DNA of 64,000 nucleotides from Candidatus Woesearchaeota archaeon (GTDB lineage Archaea > Nanobdellota > Nanobdellia > SCGC-AAA011-G17 > UBA489), in NCBI GenBank assembly GCA_964366415.1, contig CAYITG010000001.1:387203-451202 (forward strand). Direction: 5' to 3'. Below the pieces are notes generated by a model. That model was not told the DNA's origin and did no database searches. It worked only from the letters and a program-made list of their open reading frames with translations. Of the stretch, positions 55,104-63,380 are shown piece after piece (position 1 is the stretch's first letter; each line of letters opens with the position of its first letter). The position numbers and the translations under genes were made by a program.

Positions 55104-55889
55104 CTAAGCATATCTTTTCAAGCTATCTATAGTATAAGAAGAGCCATATTTGGTTAAAATATCATTAATAACTGACCTGAAGAGCAATGTTTCTTTTTTA
55201 TTTAATGATACTCTCTGAAGGTCATACCATCCATACTTTTTTCTTGGTTGATGTGAGATGGCCGGATTATAGCTATACTTCTTAAATATATTGTAGACAT
55301 TGGAAGCTAATCTTTTTGAGATTGTATTGAAAACAAAGCGGTCTTTTATGTAACCGTCACTTAACGTTAATCCCACCATTACTCCACGTATAAAATCATT
55401 GTTATATTGATTAATGTTCCTTTTTAGTTTAATAGTCAATGTTTTATTCTCTTTGTATGCGGTATACTTATCGATAAAATCATAAATAAACTTAGAGTTC
55501 ATTATCATTATTCCACGATTACTTTCTTCTTCTAATACTACTCTGCAAGTTTTGCCAAATACAATTAATAAGATATTTTTGATAAAATTGATTAATAGAG
55601 TGTCGCGTTTGTCTAGGTGTATTTTTATAACATAACTCCATTTATCTTTAAATTTTGATCCATCGCCCATCCAAATACCTATTAAAATTCCTATTGATAA
55701 TTGATCATTATTTTTAAGAAATTTTATGATATTATTCTTCCTCATTAAACTTCTTTTATTAAGATGGTAATACAGATTCCCAATGCTATAATCATATTTT
55801 GTTTTTAATTTTTTTAAAGAGTCTCCATTTTTATAATCCTTTATTATCTTTTCTAGAATCATTTCATGCATAGGGCATTGATCACTCAC
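55104..55889 (-). CDS. Divergent double-motif LAGLIDADG endonuclease-like protein with an N-terminal HTH (paralog C)
   Basis: HTH-like N-terminus (DSLKKLKTKYDYSIGNLYYHL); LAGLIDADG-like motifs IGILIGIWMGDGSKF and IRGVMVGLTLSDGYI; flanked on both sides by tRNA genes. Confidence 0.55.
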   Translation of the reverse strand: MSDQCPMHEMILEKIIKDYKNGDSLKKLKTKYDYSIGNLYYHLNKRSLMRKNNIIKFLKNNDQLSIGILIGIWMGDGSKFKDKWSYVIKIHLDKRDTLLINFIKNILLIVFGKTCRVVLEEESNRGIMIMNSKFIYDFIDKYTAYKENKTLTIKLKRNINQYNNDFIRGVMVGLTLSDGYIKDRFVFNTISKRLASNVYNIFKKYSYNPAISHQPRKKYGWYDLQRVSLNKKETLLFRSVINDILTKYGSSYTIDSLKRYA

Positions 55890-55965
55890 ATTTATTAAGT
55901 TCTTTTCTACGGTACTTGACGAGTGTGAAGAGTTTAGAAAATTTACAAATAACTTGAAAAAATTA

Positions 55966-56061
55966 CGCCTCGAGAAGGATTTGAACCTTCGACCACATGG
56001 TTAACAGCCATTTGAGCCATAGATTTTCTATGTGTGCTCTACCGAGCTGAGCTATCGAGGC
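55966..56061 (-). tRNA. tRNA-Asn (anticodon GTT) with an intron of about 20-22 nt in the anticodon stem
   Basis: Acceptor GCCTCGA/TCGAGGC with discriminator G; canonical D-arm GCTC-AGCTCGGTA-GAGC. Removing about 56012-56033 (ACATAGAAAATCTATGGCTCAA, hairpin CATAG-AAAAT-CTATG) gives the anticodon arm CATGG-CTGTTAA-CCATG, followed by variable TGGTC and T-arm GAAGGTTCAAATCCTTC. Confidence 0.55.
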
Positions 56062-56099
56062 ATAACAAAACATGGCATTCCCGTCGTTTAAAAGTATTT

Positions 56100-56420
56100 C
56101 TATGAGGCGCGTCGTATACGCTTCCAGAATGAGAGGGCTAATCCGCCAAAAAGGATTGCGATAATTAAACTCCAGGAGAATGGAACTACTAACAACCCAA
56201 TATTAACCTGCCACTGATAAAGGATTCTCCAGATATGAAAAACAGCTATAACTGTGAAAATAATCGCTGTTATTTTATCGAGAAGCAACACATCCTCTTT
56301 TTGCTTTTTTACCATAGGAAAAATAATATTCTCTTCTATAAAAATGTTATCTTTCTGGAAAATATGAAGATAATTTCGGTTTTTTCTTAAAAATACATTT
56401 AAAGAAAAGATATCTATCAC
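56100..56420 (-). CDS. Hypothetical membrane protein
   Basis: Two or three transmembrane helices; no motif. Confidence 0.3.
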   Translation of the reverse strand: MIDIFSLNVFLRKNRNYLHIFQKDNIFIEENIIFPMVKKQKEDVLLLDKITAIIFTVIAVFHIWRILYQWQVNIGLLVVPFSWSLIIAILFGGLALSFWKRIRRAS

Positions 56421-56425
56421 ATAGA

Positions 56426-57139
56426 ATGCGTATTGTTCTTTTGATGGTACTTTTCATACCTGGCGTTGTTGCGTGGAATTGGGATACGCACGAAGCCATT
56501 ATCACAAGTGTCTATTATCACTTGAATGATACCTGGAAAGAAAAGTTAAGTCTTGAACATTTACAAGAAGGAAGCGTTATTCCTGACAAAATATTTAAAG
56601 ATTTTTCAAAACATGGATTTCCTGAAGCTATTGATGAAACACGGCACTGGTTAGATCAAACAAAAGTATTTTTAGCGCGAAAGGATTATGCTAATGCAAG
56701 CATTAGTCTTGGCATTGCAAGTCATTATATGGGTGATAGTTTTGCAGCACCTCACAGCGTTGCTGGAGAGCCTTATTCCTTACATAAGGGGTATGAAGAT
56801 CAAGCTTCACAAGATTATTTTTATGCCTCTTGTCTTGAACAGGATCTCTTGCTTAAAGACATTATTTACACGGGGTCGCAGCAAGGAAGCACATGGCAAG
56901 ATTGGTTAGAAAGACATGATCCTGCATTACCGCAAGCATCCACGCGAGAAGCAACTTTGTATGTTACGGCTTTTGCTCTTTCTTTTTTTGATGATACATG
57001 CCATACTTTTGAAACACATATAGAAGAAGCGCCTTTTACTTTTAATGTGACGACAGCTATCGTTTTAACCATTATTCTGCTTGGAATTGGCTGGACAAGT
57101 ATTTCTCTTTATCGTGATTTAAAAGATTACGGAAAATAA
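56426..57139 (+). CDS. S1/P1 nuclease / phospholipase C-like zinc-dependent hydrolase, membrane-anchored
   Basis: N-terminal AWNWDTHEAI (like WG..GH of S1/P1 nucleases) right after the signal peptide, HYMGDSFAAPHS (like HY.GD.HQPLH), and a C-terminal transmembrane helix. Confidence 0.45.
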   Translation: MRIVLLMVLFIPGVVAWNWDTHEAIITSVYYHLNDTWKEKLSLEHLQEGSVIPDKIFKDFSKHGFPEAIDETRHWLDQTKVFLARKDYANASISLGIASHYMGDSFAAPHSVAGEPYSLHKGYEDQASQDYFYASCLEQDLLLKDIIYTGSQQGSTWQDWLERHDPALPQASTREATLYVTAFALSFFDDTCHTFETHIEEAPFTFNVTTAIVLTIILLGIGWTSISLYRDLKDYGK

Positions 57140-57970
57140 TTCTTTAAACCATCTCCAGATGATTAACCATATGGGGAGATGTTCTTCTTCCTGCTCTTCA
57201 ACATCTTTTTCTGTTTGTAGTATTTCTTCTTCATTTTCTGTTTCTTTACAACAACAGGCTTTTTGGTTTGAACAATAACCTAAGCCTTGATTCTCTTCAG
57301 ATTCACCACATGCAGGAAGATTAACATTTGATGGAAGATCGCGGCATGTAGCATCAATAAAATTTTTATTTTTGCATAATTGATAACAGCTTAATTGCGC
57401 ACAGTCCGTAGAACAGAAGATCTTTTCTCCTATCTCACACACTTGATCACCACAGACAAATTCACTTTCTTTTTTTACTTGTTGAAATGTGAGGTCTGCA
57501 ACCTTAAGTGTATCTCCTAAGACAAGGATCTCTTTTGTTTGTTTTAATTCTTCATAGTTTTTAAAATTAGCAATAATCTTTGCTGCTCTTCTTGTGTCAT
57601 CGACAGTTGAACCCGCAATAATCAGATCATTTCCCATTACTTTAATGATGGCTACACCTTCATCATATGGCCATTGTTCGCAACTCAATTGAATAAAGGA
57701 GTTATCACATGGATGACCAATAAGGATTTTGCTTACTGACTCTAGTGTTTCATCTTCAATAACTGGATCAATATCCAAAGAAAGATGTTTTTTAAGAGCA
57801 ATTATAACATCGGTTGCAGCAAAACTATCTCCACTTTTTCCTTGATCACCAAGCACGACAGCATATCCCTGATCCATTTTTTTGAGATATTCATAGATGC
57901 TATCTACGGCAGCATAGCTGGGTGTTATCAACAGTAAGAGACATATGACAACCAATACCCTTTTTTTCAT
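57119..57970 (-). CDS. Secreted Cys-rich hypothetical protein
   Basis: Signal peptide MKKRVLVVICLLLLITPSYA; C-terminal half has more than 15 Cys (CGDQVCEIGEKIFCSTDCAQLSCYQLC...CCCKE) followed by an acidic tail. Confidence 0.35.
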   Translation of the reverse strand: MKKRVLVVICLLLLITPSYAAVDSIYEYLKKMDQGYAVVLGDQGKSGDSFAATDVIIALKKHLSLDIDPVIEDETLESVSKILIGHPCDNSFIQLSCEQWPYDEGVAIIKVMGNDLIIAGSTVDDTRRAAKIIANFKNYEELKQTKEILVLGDTLKVADLTFQQVKKESEFVCGDQVCEIGEKIFCSTDCAQLSCYQLCKNKNFIDATCRDLPSNVNLPACGESEENQGLGYCSNQKACCCKETENEEEILQTEKDVEEQEEEHLPIWLIIWRWFKELFSVIF

Positions 57971-58830
57971 ATTTTTTTAACAAAGAGCAGGCCTTTTAAA
58001 TTCTTTTCCATATGTTGTTCTGTCTTTTTTGTCATTTCTCCTGTTGAAATAAAGAGTGTTGGGAGTTTTTTGGCCTGTCCTTTTTGATGCGCTAACGACA
58101 GATCGCTATTTGTAATCTTTTTTTTGTTTTTTGCAATGAGCAACATTTCTATATCACCAATAGATGAATTTATTTTCACAATCGAAATCATTTCTTTATT
58201 TTTTCTTTGAGATAAAAGCTCTACAGGAATGAGATTATTTTTCTTAATGTATGTGTCGATAATTTCGCTAAAGGTGTCATGAATTGGTAGTTTTTGTTTT
58301 CTTTCCAATTTTTGTTGCGTGTCTTCTTTTATTGGTTGTGCATGTATTGGTGCTTGTGTTTGTTGTATTTTTATTTCTGGTTGTTGGATTACTTCTATTA
58401 ATTGTTGCGGTGGATTGAGCAGTTGTTTTAATTCTTCTTCAGACGTGAGATACCAACGCCACATTTTTTCAGCATTATGCTCGAAGGGAATAGCGAAATC
58501 TTTTATTTGCTGTAAAGCGACGCGCATGACTGGTTGTAATTCTTTGTCTTTGATCATTTTTTGTTCTTTTAACATGCCATATGCTTCTTTTTCACGAAGA
58601 GGCAAATGATCATAGAGCTTAGAGAGCTGTTCTTGCTGTTCTGGAAGATAATATACCGGACTTCCGCCAATTCTTGCCGTGCTGATACGTACCATTTTTC
58701 GTGCAATCAAATCGGAAAGAATGGCCCCTGCGTAAAAAGAATCTTTTTCCATTACTTTTGCAATCTGGATGGGGAGTGATGGTCCATTTGCTTGAATAAA
58801 ACCGATGACTTTTTCATAGATAGATTGCAT
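57967..58830 (-). CDS. Winged-helix protein with a C-terminal Mrr-like (PD-(D/E)xK-like) region
   Basis: N-terminal winged-helix-like segment (KVIGFIQANGPSLPIQIAKVM...LIARKMVRIS); the C-terminus (SIVKINSSIGDIEMLLIAKNKKK) weakly resembles the restriction endonuclease fold. Confidence 0.3.
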   Translation of the reverse strand: MQSIYEKVIGFIQANGPSLPIQIAKVMEKDSFYAGAILSDLIARKMVRISTARIGGSPVYYLPEQQEQLSKLYDHLPLREKEAYGMLKEQKMIKDKELQPVMRVALQQIKDFAIPFEHNAEKMWRWYLTSEEELKQLLNPPQQLIEVIQQPEIKIQQTQAPIHAQPIKEDTQQKLERKQKLPIHDTFSEIIDTYIKKNNLIPVELLSQRKNKEMISIVKINSSIGDIEMLLIAKNKKKITNSDLSLAHQKGQAKKLPTLFISTGEMTKKTEQHMEKNLKGLLFVKKI

Positions 58831-58962
58831 TCTACAGACGGGAAAACGCAGTTATTTAAGTATTATTGTAACTCACAACGCATTGTTTTCTACTCTTTTT
58901 GTTACTACTTTTAGATGGCTAAAATAGAAAGATTTAAAAAGAAATAGTGTTTTGCACATACT

Positions 58963-59424
58963 ATGATTGAACATTTGCTTACTTCGGAAACATGCGAAAT
59001 TTTAAGACTTTCTCAGCATGCAGCAGTACGGGCCAACAACTCTTCAATCACGCCAGAGAATCTTTTGCAAGGACTTGTCAGTTTTGGTGCAGGAGAAGGA
59101 AAAAATTTCAATGTTCTTGCATTCCTACATCTTAGTTATCATCAATTTGTTGGTGTCTTTAATGAATTTAAGGATGATAAAGAACCATTTAATGTATCTC
59201 TTGTGAGCGTAGGCACACCTCCTAGTTCGAGAACCTTCCATGTTTTCCAAGAAGCTACCTTTTATGCTCAGCGACAAGGACGCCCATATGCACGAGCTGA
59301 AGATCTTCTCTATGCCCTTGCTTTACCCAGAATAAATGGGATAGACTCACGCACATATCATATTTTAGGTCGCCTTGGAGTGAGTACTGCCTCTATAGAA
59401 GAATTAATGAGAAAAAAAGTGTAG
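58963..59424 (+). CDS. Clp N-terminal-domain-like double-repeat protein
   Basis: Two repeats of the Clp_N helical pattern (ITPENLLQGLV... and RAEDLLYALAL...). Confidence 0.45.
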   Translation: MIEHLLTSETCEILRLSQHAAVRANNSSITPENLLQGLVSFGAGEGKNFNVLAFLHLSYHQFVGVFNEFKDDKEPFNVSLVSVGTPPSSRTFHVFQEATFYAQRQGRPYARAEDLLYALALPRINGIDSRTYHILGRLGVSTASIEELMRKKV

Positions 59425-59440
59425 GTGAAGGAGTATTATC

Positions 59441-59755
59441 ATGAATATCAAACATCTTGATCACAAACTACAACAATCTTTTCATTTTGTCCAGAATGAT
59501 ATGATTACATTGCAAAATAGAAATTATGAATTGCTACAACGTGTTGAACGCTTAGAGCGTGCATTGATACAACGAGCTTTTCAACCTCAACAGCGACAGC
59601 AACAGTTACAATTGATTGGCAATCGAGAAACACGAGAAGTTCATACGCCCGATTGCTTATTTGCTCGCAGCATGAACTTTTCACATCAAATTGTCTTTGG
59701 ATCGAAACAAGATGCCTTGCGCGCTGGCTTCAATGAATGCGTGTGCTTATACTAA
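59441..59755 (+). CDS. Coiled-coil protein with a C-terminal Ada-type zinc-binding domain
   Basis: C-terminus EVHTPDCLFARSMNFSHQIVFGSKQDALRAGFNECVCLY matches the Ada metal-binding pattern (h.pdC....N..FF.s...A..aGfRPCkrC). Confidence 0.4.
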   Translation: MNIKHLDHKLQQSFHFVQNDMITLQNRNYELLQRVERLERALIQRAFQPQQRQQQLQLIGNRETREVHTPDCLFARSMNFSHQIVFGSKQDALRAGFNECVCLY

Positions 59756-59757
59756 CC

Positions 59758-60276
59758 ATGAATGCTACACTTGAACGAAAACCAAAGGTACCTAATTTTC
59801 TTCCGTTTCTAGAGCATGATGAATCTCGGTTTTTGTATTATCTAGGCTCTACTCAGGTGTATCAACCTTACGATACTCGCGTTCTTGCATCAACAGAAAC
59901 GCCTCTTGGAACTCATCTGGCAAGCATATATCATCTTTATCTTGCTGCGTCTCCTCTCGTATCACGCTATCCTTTTCATGGAAATATGCAATGGAGAAAT
60001 AAATATGGCGTTCTTTCTCTTAACAAACGAATTGCACTTACGCCTTACCAATTTGACAAACCACCTCAAGGAATATGTTTATCTAAAAAAGGATTAGATA
60101 ACATTGTAACATCATGGGAAGAAGATACTTCTCTCTTTGAACAATTCTTCCAGAAACATTTTGCAGCACTCAATGGAGTTCCACTCAAAAAAGAATTTCT
60201 TTTAGAAGAAGATCTTACCTTGCCTATTTTAGATATGGGCATTGTTTTAAGAAGTATGTTTGACAATCTTTTATAA
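59758..60276 (+). CDS. Hypothetical protein, operonic with the Ada-Zn protein
   Basis: Start taken at MNATLERK, 3 nt after the upstream stop; no motif. Confidence 0.3.
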   Translation: MNATLERKPKVPNFLPFLEHDESRFLYYLGSTQVYQPYDTRVLASTETPLGTHLASIYHLYLAASPLVSRYPFHGNMQWRNKYGVLSLNKRIALTPYQFDKPPQGICLSKKGLDNIVTSWEEDTSLFEQFFQKHFAALNGVPLKKEFLLEEDLTLPILDMGIVLRSMFDNLL

Positions 60277-60301
60277 TTATTTTTAAGTATAACCTACTTT
60301 T

Positions 60302-61417
60302 TTATATTTTGAAGAGATCATTTGTTTCTAGAGGGATAAAATTATCATAACCATATGTGTTACTTGTGATTACAGGGCCATGCGGACCGGTGATGCCTAA
60401 TAATACTGCATATTTGTCCTGCCTGTCCCAATCAAAATCATATGTTCTTGTGTTGCCGTTCTGGTATGTGTCTGTGTATTTGATGGGAAGATCGTTTTGA
60501 TTATAGAAGAATTCTCTGACGGTGTTTTCTTCGAAGGTGCCATCATTGTTGATATCTGCCTTGAAATTTGCTGTTTTGACACGTAATTGACCATCGTACG
60601 TGGGTGTTATGAGTTCTAAATATCTGTTGTTGGTCAAGGATCGATATTGTGTGAGATATCTTGTCTGCCCATCGAATAAGGTGTATGTGATCTCTATACT
60701 TTTAGTGAAATCTGGGAAAATGATGATATCCTCTTTAGGGCCTAAGAGATAATGAATTTCTGGCGGTTTGGAGATACTATTTTGCTGGGCTTCTTGTGGA
60801 GTGCTACCGTACCAACCATTGACCGATGTTTTTTGAAGATGGGAAATATAGACATACTGGAATACTGTATACATGTCAAGACTGGGTGGAACATTGTTAT
60901 CAAGGGGGATAGATGTTTTTACCAGCGTGGGAAATGATGGATTAGCTGCGTAATTGAATTCAAGGTGCTCCTTTTTTACCTTGACGTGATCGTTGATGGA
61001 GAGCAATATTTTACTGCCGGACATGGGATTACCATTGTAATGATAATCTGCTTCATTGTATCTTTGATTATTTTCATAATATTCCTTGCGAAGAAGTTGG
61101 CCGTATGGAGAATAGAGTTCTTTTGTCATATAAGGATCTGATGTGGTGATGACATTGACCTTATGTGTTGCTGGATCGACGAAGACGTTGATGGTTTCTG
61201 TGGACGTGATGAGTTGTTCTGTTGTTTCTCCGACTGCTGATCCGGTGTGGGATGGCTGCTTGAAGATGAGTATTGATGCAATGAGAGCAAGGACTAGAAG
61301 CACCAGTACTATTTTTGTTCTGTTAGGGTGTGTTTTCATACTGGGTGTGTAATTGGATTGTGGACACATGTTTTCTTTTCTGGGCAGCCTACTGGGCAGC
61401 CTCCAAGGGAGACACAT
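60302..61417 (-). CDS. Secreted or membrane-anchored hypothetical protein
   Basis: N-terminal signal anchor (IVLVLLVLALIASILIF), Tyr/Asn-rich beta-type sequence, no motif. Confidence 0.35.
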   Translation of the reverse strand: MCLPWRLPSRLPRKENMCPQSNYTPSMKTHPNRTKIVLVLLVLALIASILIFKQPSHTGSAVGETTEQLITSTETINVFVDPATHKVNVITTSDPYMTKELYSPYGQLLRKEYYENNQRYNEADYHYNGNPMSGSKILLSINDHVKVKKEHLEFNYAANPSFPTLVKTSIPLDNNVPPSLDMYTVFQYVYISHLQKTSVNGWYGSTPQEAQQNSISKPPEIHYLLGPKEDIIIFPDFTKSIEITYTLFDGQTRYLTQYRSLTNNRYLELITPTYDGQLRVKTANFKADINNDGTFEENTVREFFYNQNDLPIKYTDTYQNGNTRTYDFDWDRQDKYAVLLGITGPHGPVITSNTYGYDNFIPLETNDLFKI

Positions 61418-63258
61418 TCGTCTGCGGTATTTGGATCATTGTCGTTGCAGTCTGGAGGGACGCAGTTGTTTACGCAGTCTGATGGGCAGCAGATGCAACC
61501 TCCACCAGCGCTACCTGAACATGATTCTCCTAAGTTTTGACAGGTACCTGTGCATGCAGGAGCTGAACTTGCACAGTCTGTTGGTGGAGAAGGACCATAT
61601 GTTGTAGGATCACGAGAAGGTATTGTACCTGTGCCGCCGCCTGTGCCTGGTGTTGGAGGTGATTGTGATGCAATAGGCGGGGAGACTATTGGAGGATCAT
61701 TTGGACTTGTTGATGGACACTTGATGAGGAAGTTGACATAGATGGGATGTTCTGTTGTGCCACATTTCGTCTTGAACTTGACTGACAACCAAGCTCCTTT
61801 TTTACAGATGCCTGTCACAGCTGCTGCTGTTGATGCTTTGAAGACAAGTTGTCCGTTGAAGATATAGGTTGTTTGTGCAAGATTTTGGGCCCCTACTGCG
61901 CTTCCTCCAGCTCCTATTTGTTGTGGATCCCAACTGATGTGACCAACACCTTGCTGAGAGGCTGAGGAAACGATTAATGTTCCTCCGAAACCATTGTTGG
62001 TGTCATCGGCCATAGCATGAGCCATATCTTCTGGCACGATAATTTGTACATCACCACTGACATAGTGCTCTGTGGCTGGTCCGCTAATCCAGCCGCCATT
62101 GTTGTCTAATCCTTTCCAATCAGATACCATTAGTTGTACTCTGTTGAAATCATAGGCTTGTGTGCACGGAGGTATTGTTGTCGCGCGTGTTGGCGTGGTG
62201 GATGCTGGAGGCGATGATGTTCCGTCTGTTGATGGAGTGGATCCTGGCGTTGCTGGAGGATCACAATCTACTGCTGGATTGGCTTGATTGGCAGGATTGT
62301 TTTGCTGTTCAAATTGTGTTGGGTTGGCCTGCATTTCGGCGATAGCTTGATTGATCATGCCTGGCGTGATCGCAGCAGCTGCAGCTGCTTGTTGGAGTTG
62401 TCTGAGTCTATTGATATAAGATGCCATGGTGATGACTTTGCCTGAATTTTGGACGATGGCAGCACCTGTTGCCATGGGCGTGATTGATGCTAGTCCTAGA
62501 CGAGCTACTATGGCCCCGCATGCTGTGGCCACTAACATATCCATGTATTGACTTGCGCATGGCGGCATGAAGGTCATGTATGGGTAGGATTGTGGATCCC
62601 ATCCTTGGACTGGTGGAAGGCATGGTTCAGTGACTGGTGTTTCTGGTGTTATTTCTATGAATTTATTTTCAGGTGGGCGACGAACTTCAGTTATAATCGT
62701 ATTAATCAGATTATTAAATTGATTTGGATAGGACTCTCTATACTTAAGTACTCTCATCCATTCTTTATAAGAAAACCCAGGTCTTCCACAATACTTTTCG
62801 ATGATTGTTCGAATTCTGTCTCCTAATTGGTTGTTTTCTTGTAGTAATTCATTCGATATGGGATATTGTTCATCTGCAAAGCTATTACCTATCGCAAAAG
62901 AATAAGCATTTAGATAAAAATTCAAGTACACAAGATCATTGCATATCATGGCTTTAGGTACTGGATATACTCCTGTTTGCAATAATCTTTCGTAATAATC
63001 GACCTTTTTTTTAATAAGGCTTAGATGTCTTTTGATTGCATAGTATACACCGGGGAAAGAAGGATCCTGGTTCATAAATGCCGAAGGTTCATCAGATGAT
63101 CCACTGTTACTTACTTCTTGTGTCGTGGTTGTTTGTCGCATTGTTCTGTTGCGCACTGCTGATCCAGTTATTTCTGGAGAGAATATTTGTGCGTTATTGA
63201 CATACCATCCTGCTAAAAGAATAAGTATTAAAGAAGTCCACCATACCCTCTTTTGCAT
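61336..63258 (-). CDS. Large secreted protein with a Pro/Thr-rich linker and a C-terminal Cys-rich module
   Basis: Signal peptide MQKRVWWTSLILILLAGW; Pro/Thr/Ser-rich segments; C-terminal roughly 70 aa carry about 20 Cys (CTGTCQNLGESCSG...CICCPSDCVNNCVPPDCNDND...CPVGCPEKKTC). Confidence 0.4.
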   Translation of the reverse strand: MQKRVWWTSLILILLAGWYVNNAQIFSPEITGSAVRNRTMRQTTTTQEVSNSGSSDEPSAFMNQDPSFPGVYYAIKRHLSLIKKKVDYYERLLQTGVYPVPKAMICNDLVYLNFYLNAYSFAIGNSFADEQYPISNELLQENNQLGDRIRTIIEKYCGRPGFSYKEWMRVLKYRESYPNQFNNLINTIITEVRRPPENKFIEITPETPVTEPCLPPVQGWDPQSYPYMTFMPPCASQYMDMLVATACGAIVARLGLASITPMATGAAIVQNSGKVITMASYINRLRQLQQAAAAAAITPGMINQAIAEMQANPTQFEQQNNPANQANPAVDCDPPATPGSTPSTDGTSSPPASTTPTRATTIPPCTQAYDFNRVQLMVSDWKGLDNNGGWISGPATEHYVSGDVQIIVPEDMAHAMADDTNNGFGGTLIVSSASQQGVGHISWDPQQIGAGGSAVGAQNLAQTTYIFNGQLVFKASTAAAVTGICKKGAWLSVKFKTKCGTTEHPIYVNFLIKCPSTSPNDPPIVSPPIASQSPPTPGTGGGTGTIPSRDPTTYGPSPPTDCASSAPACTGTCQNLGESCSGSAGGGCICCPSDCVNNCVPPDCNDNDPNTADECVSLGGCPVGCPEKKTCVHNPITHPV

Positions 63259-63380
63259 TATTATTTCAGATAATAGATGTTTATAAATATTTGCACAAAA
63301 TAAAATAGGGAAATAGAAAGAAGTTTTATGTACTTATTTTTGAAGAGGACTTATAATAAGTATTTTACCATATATTTTAT

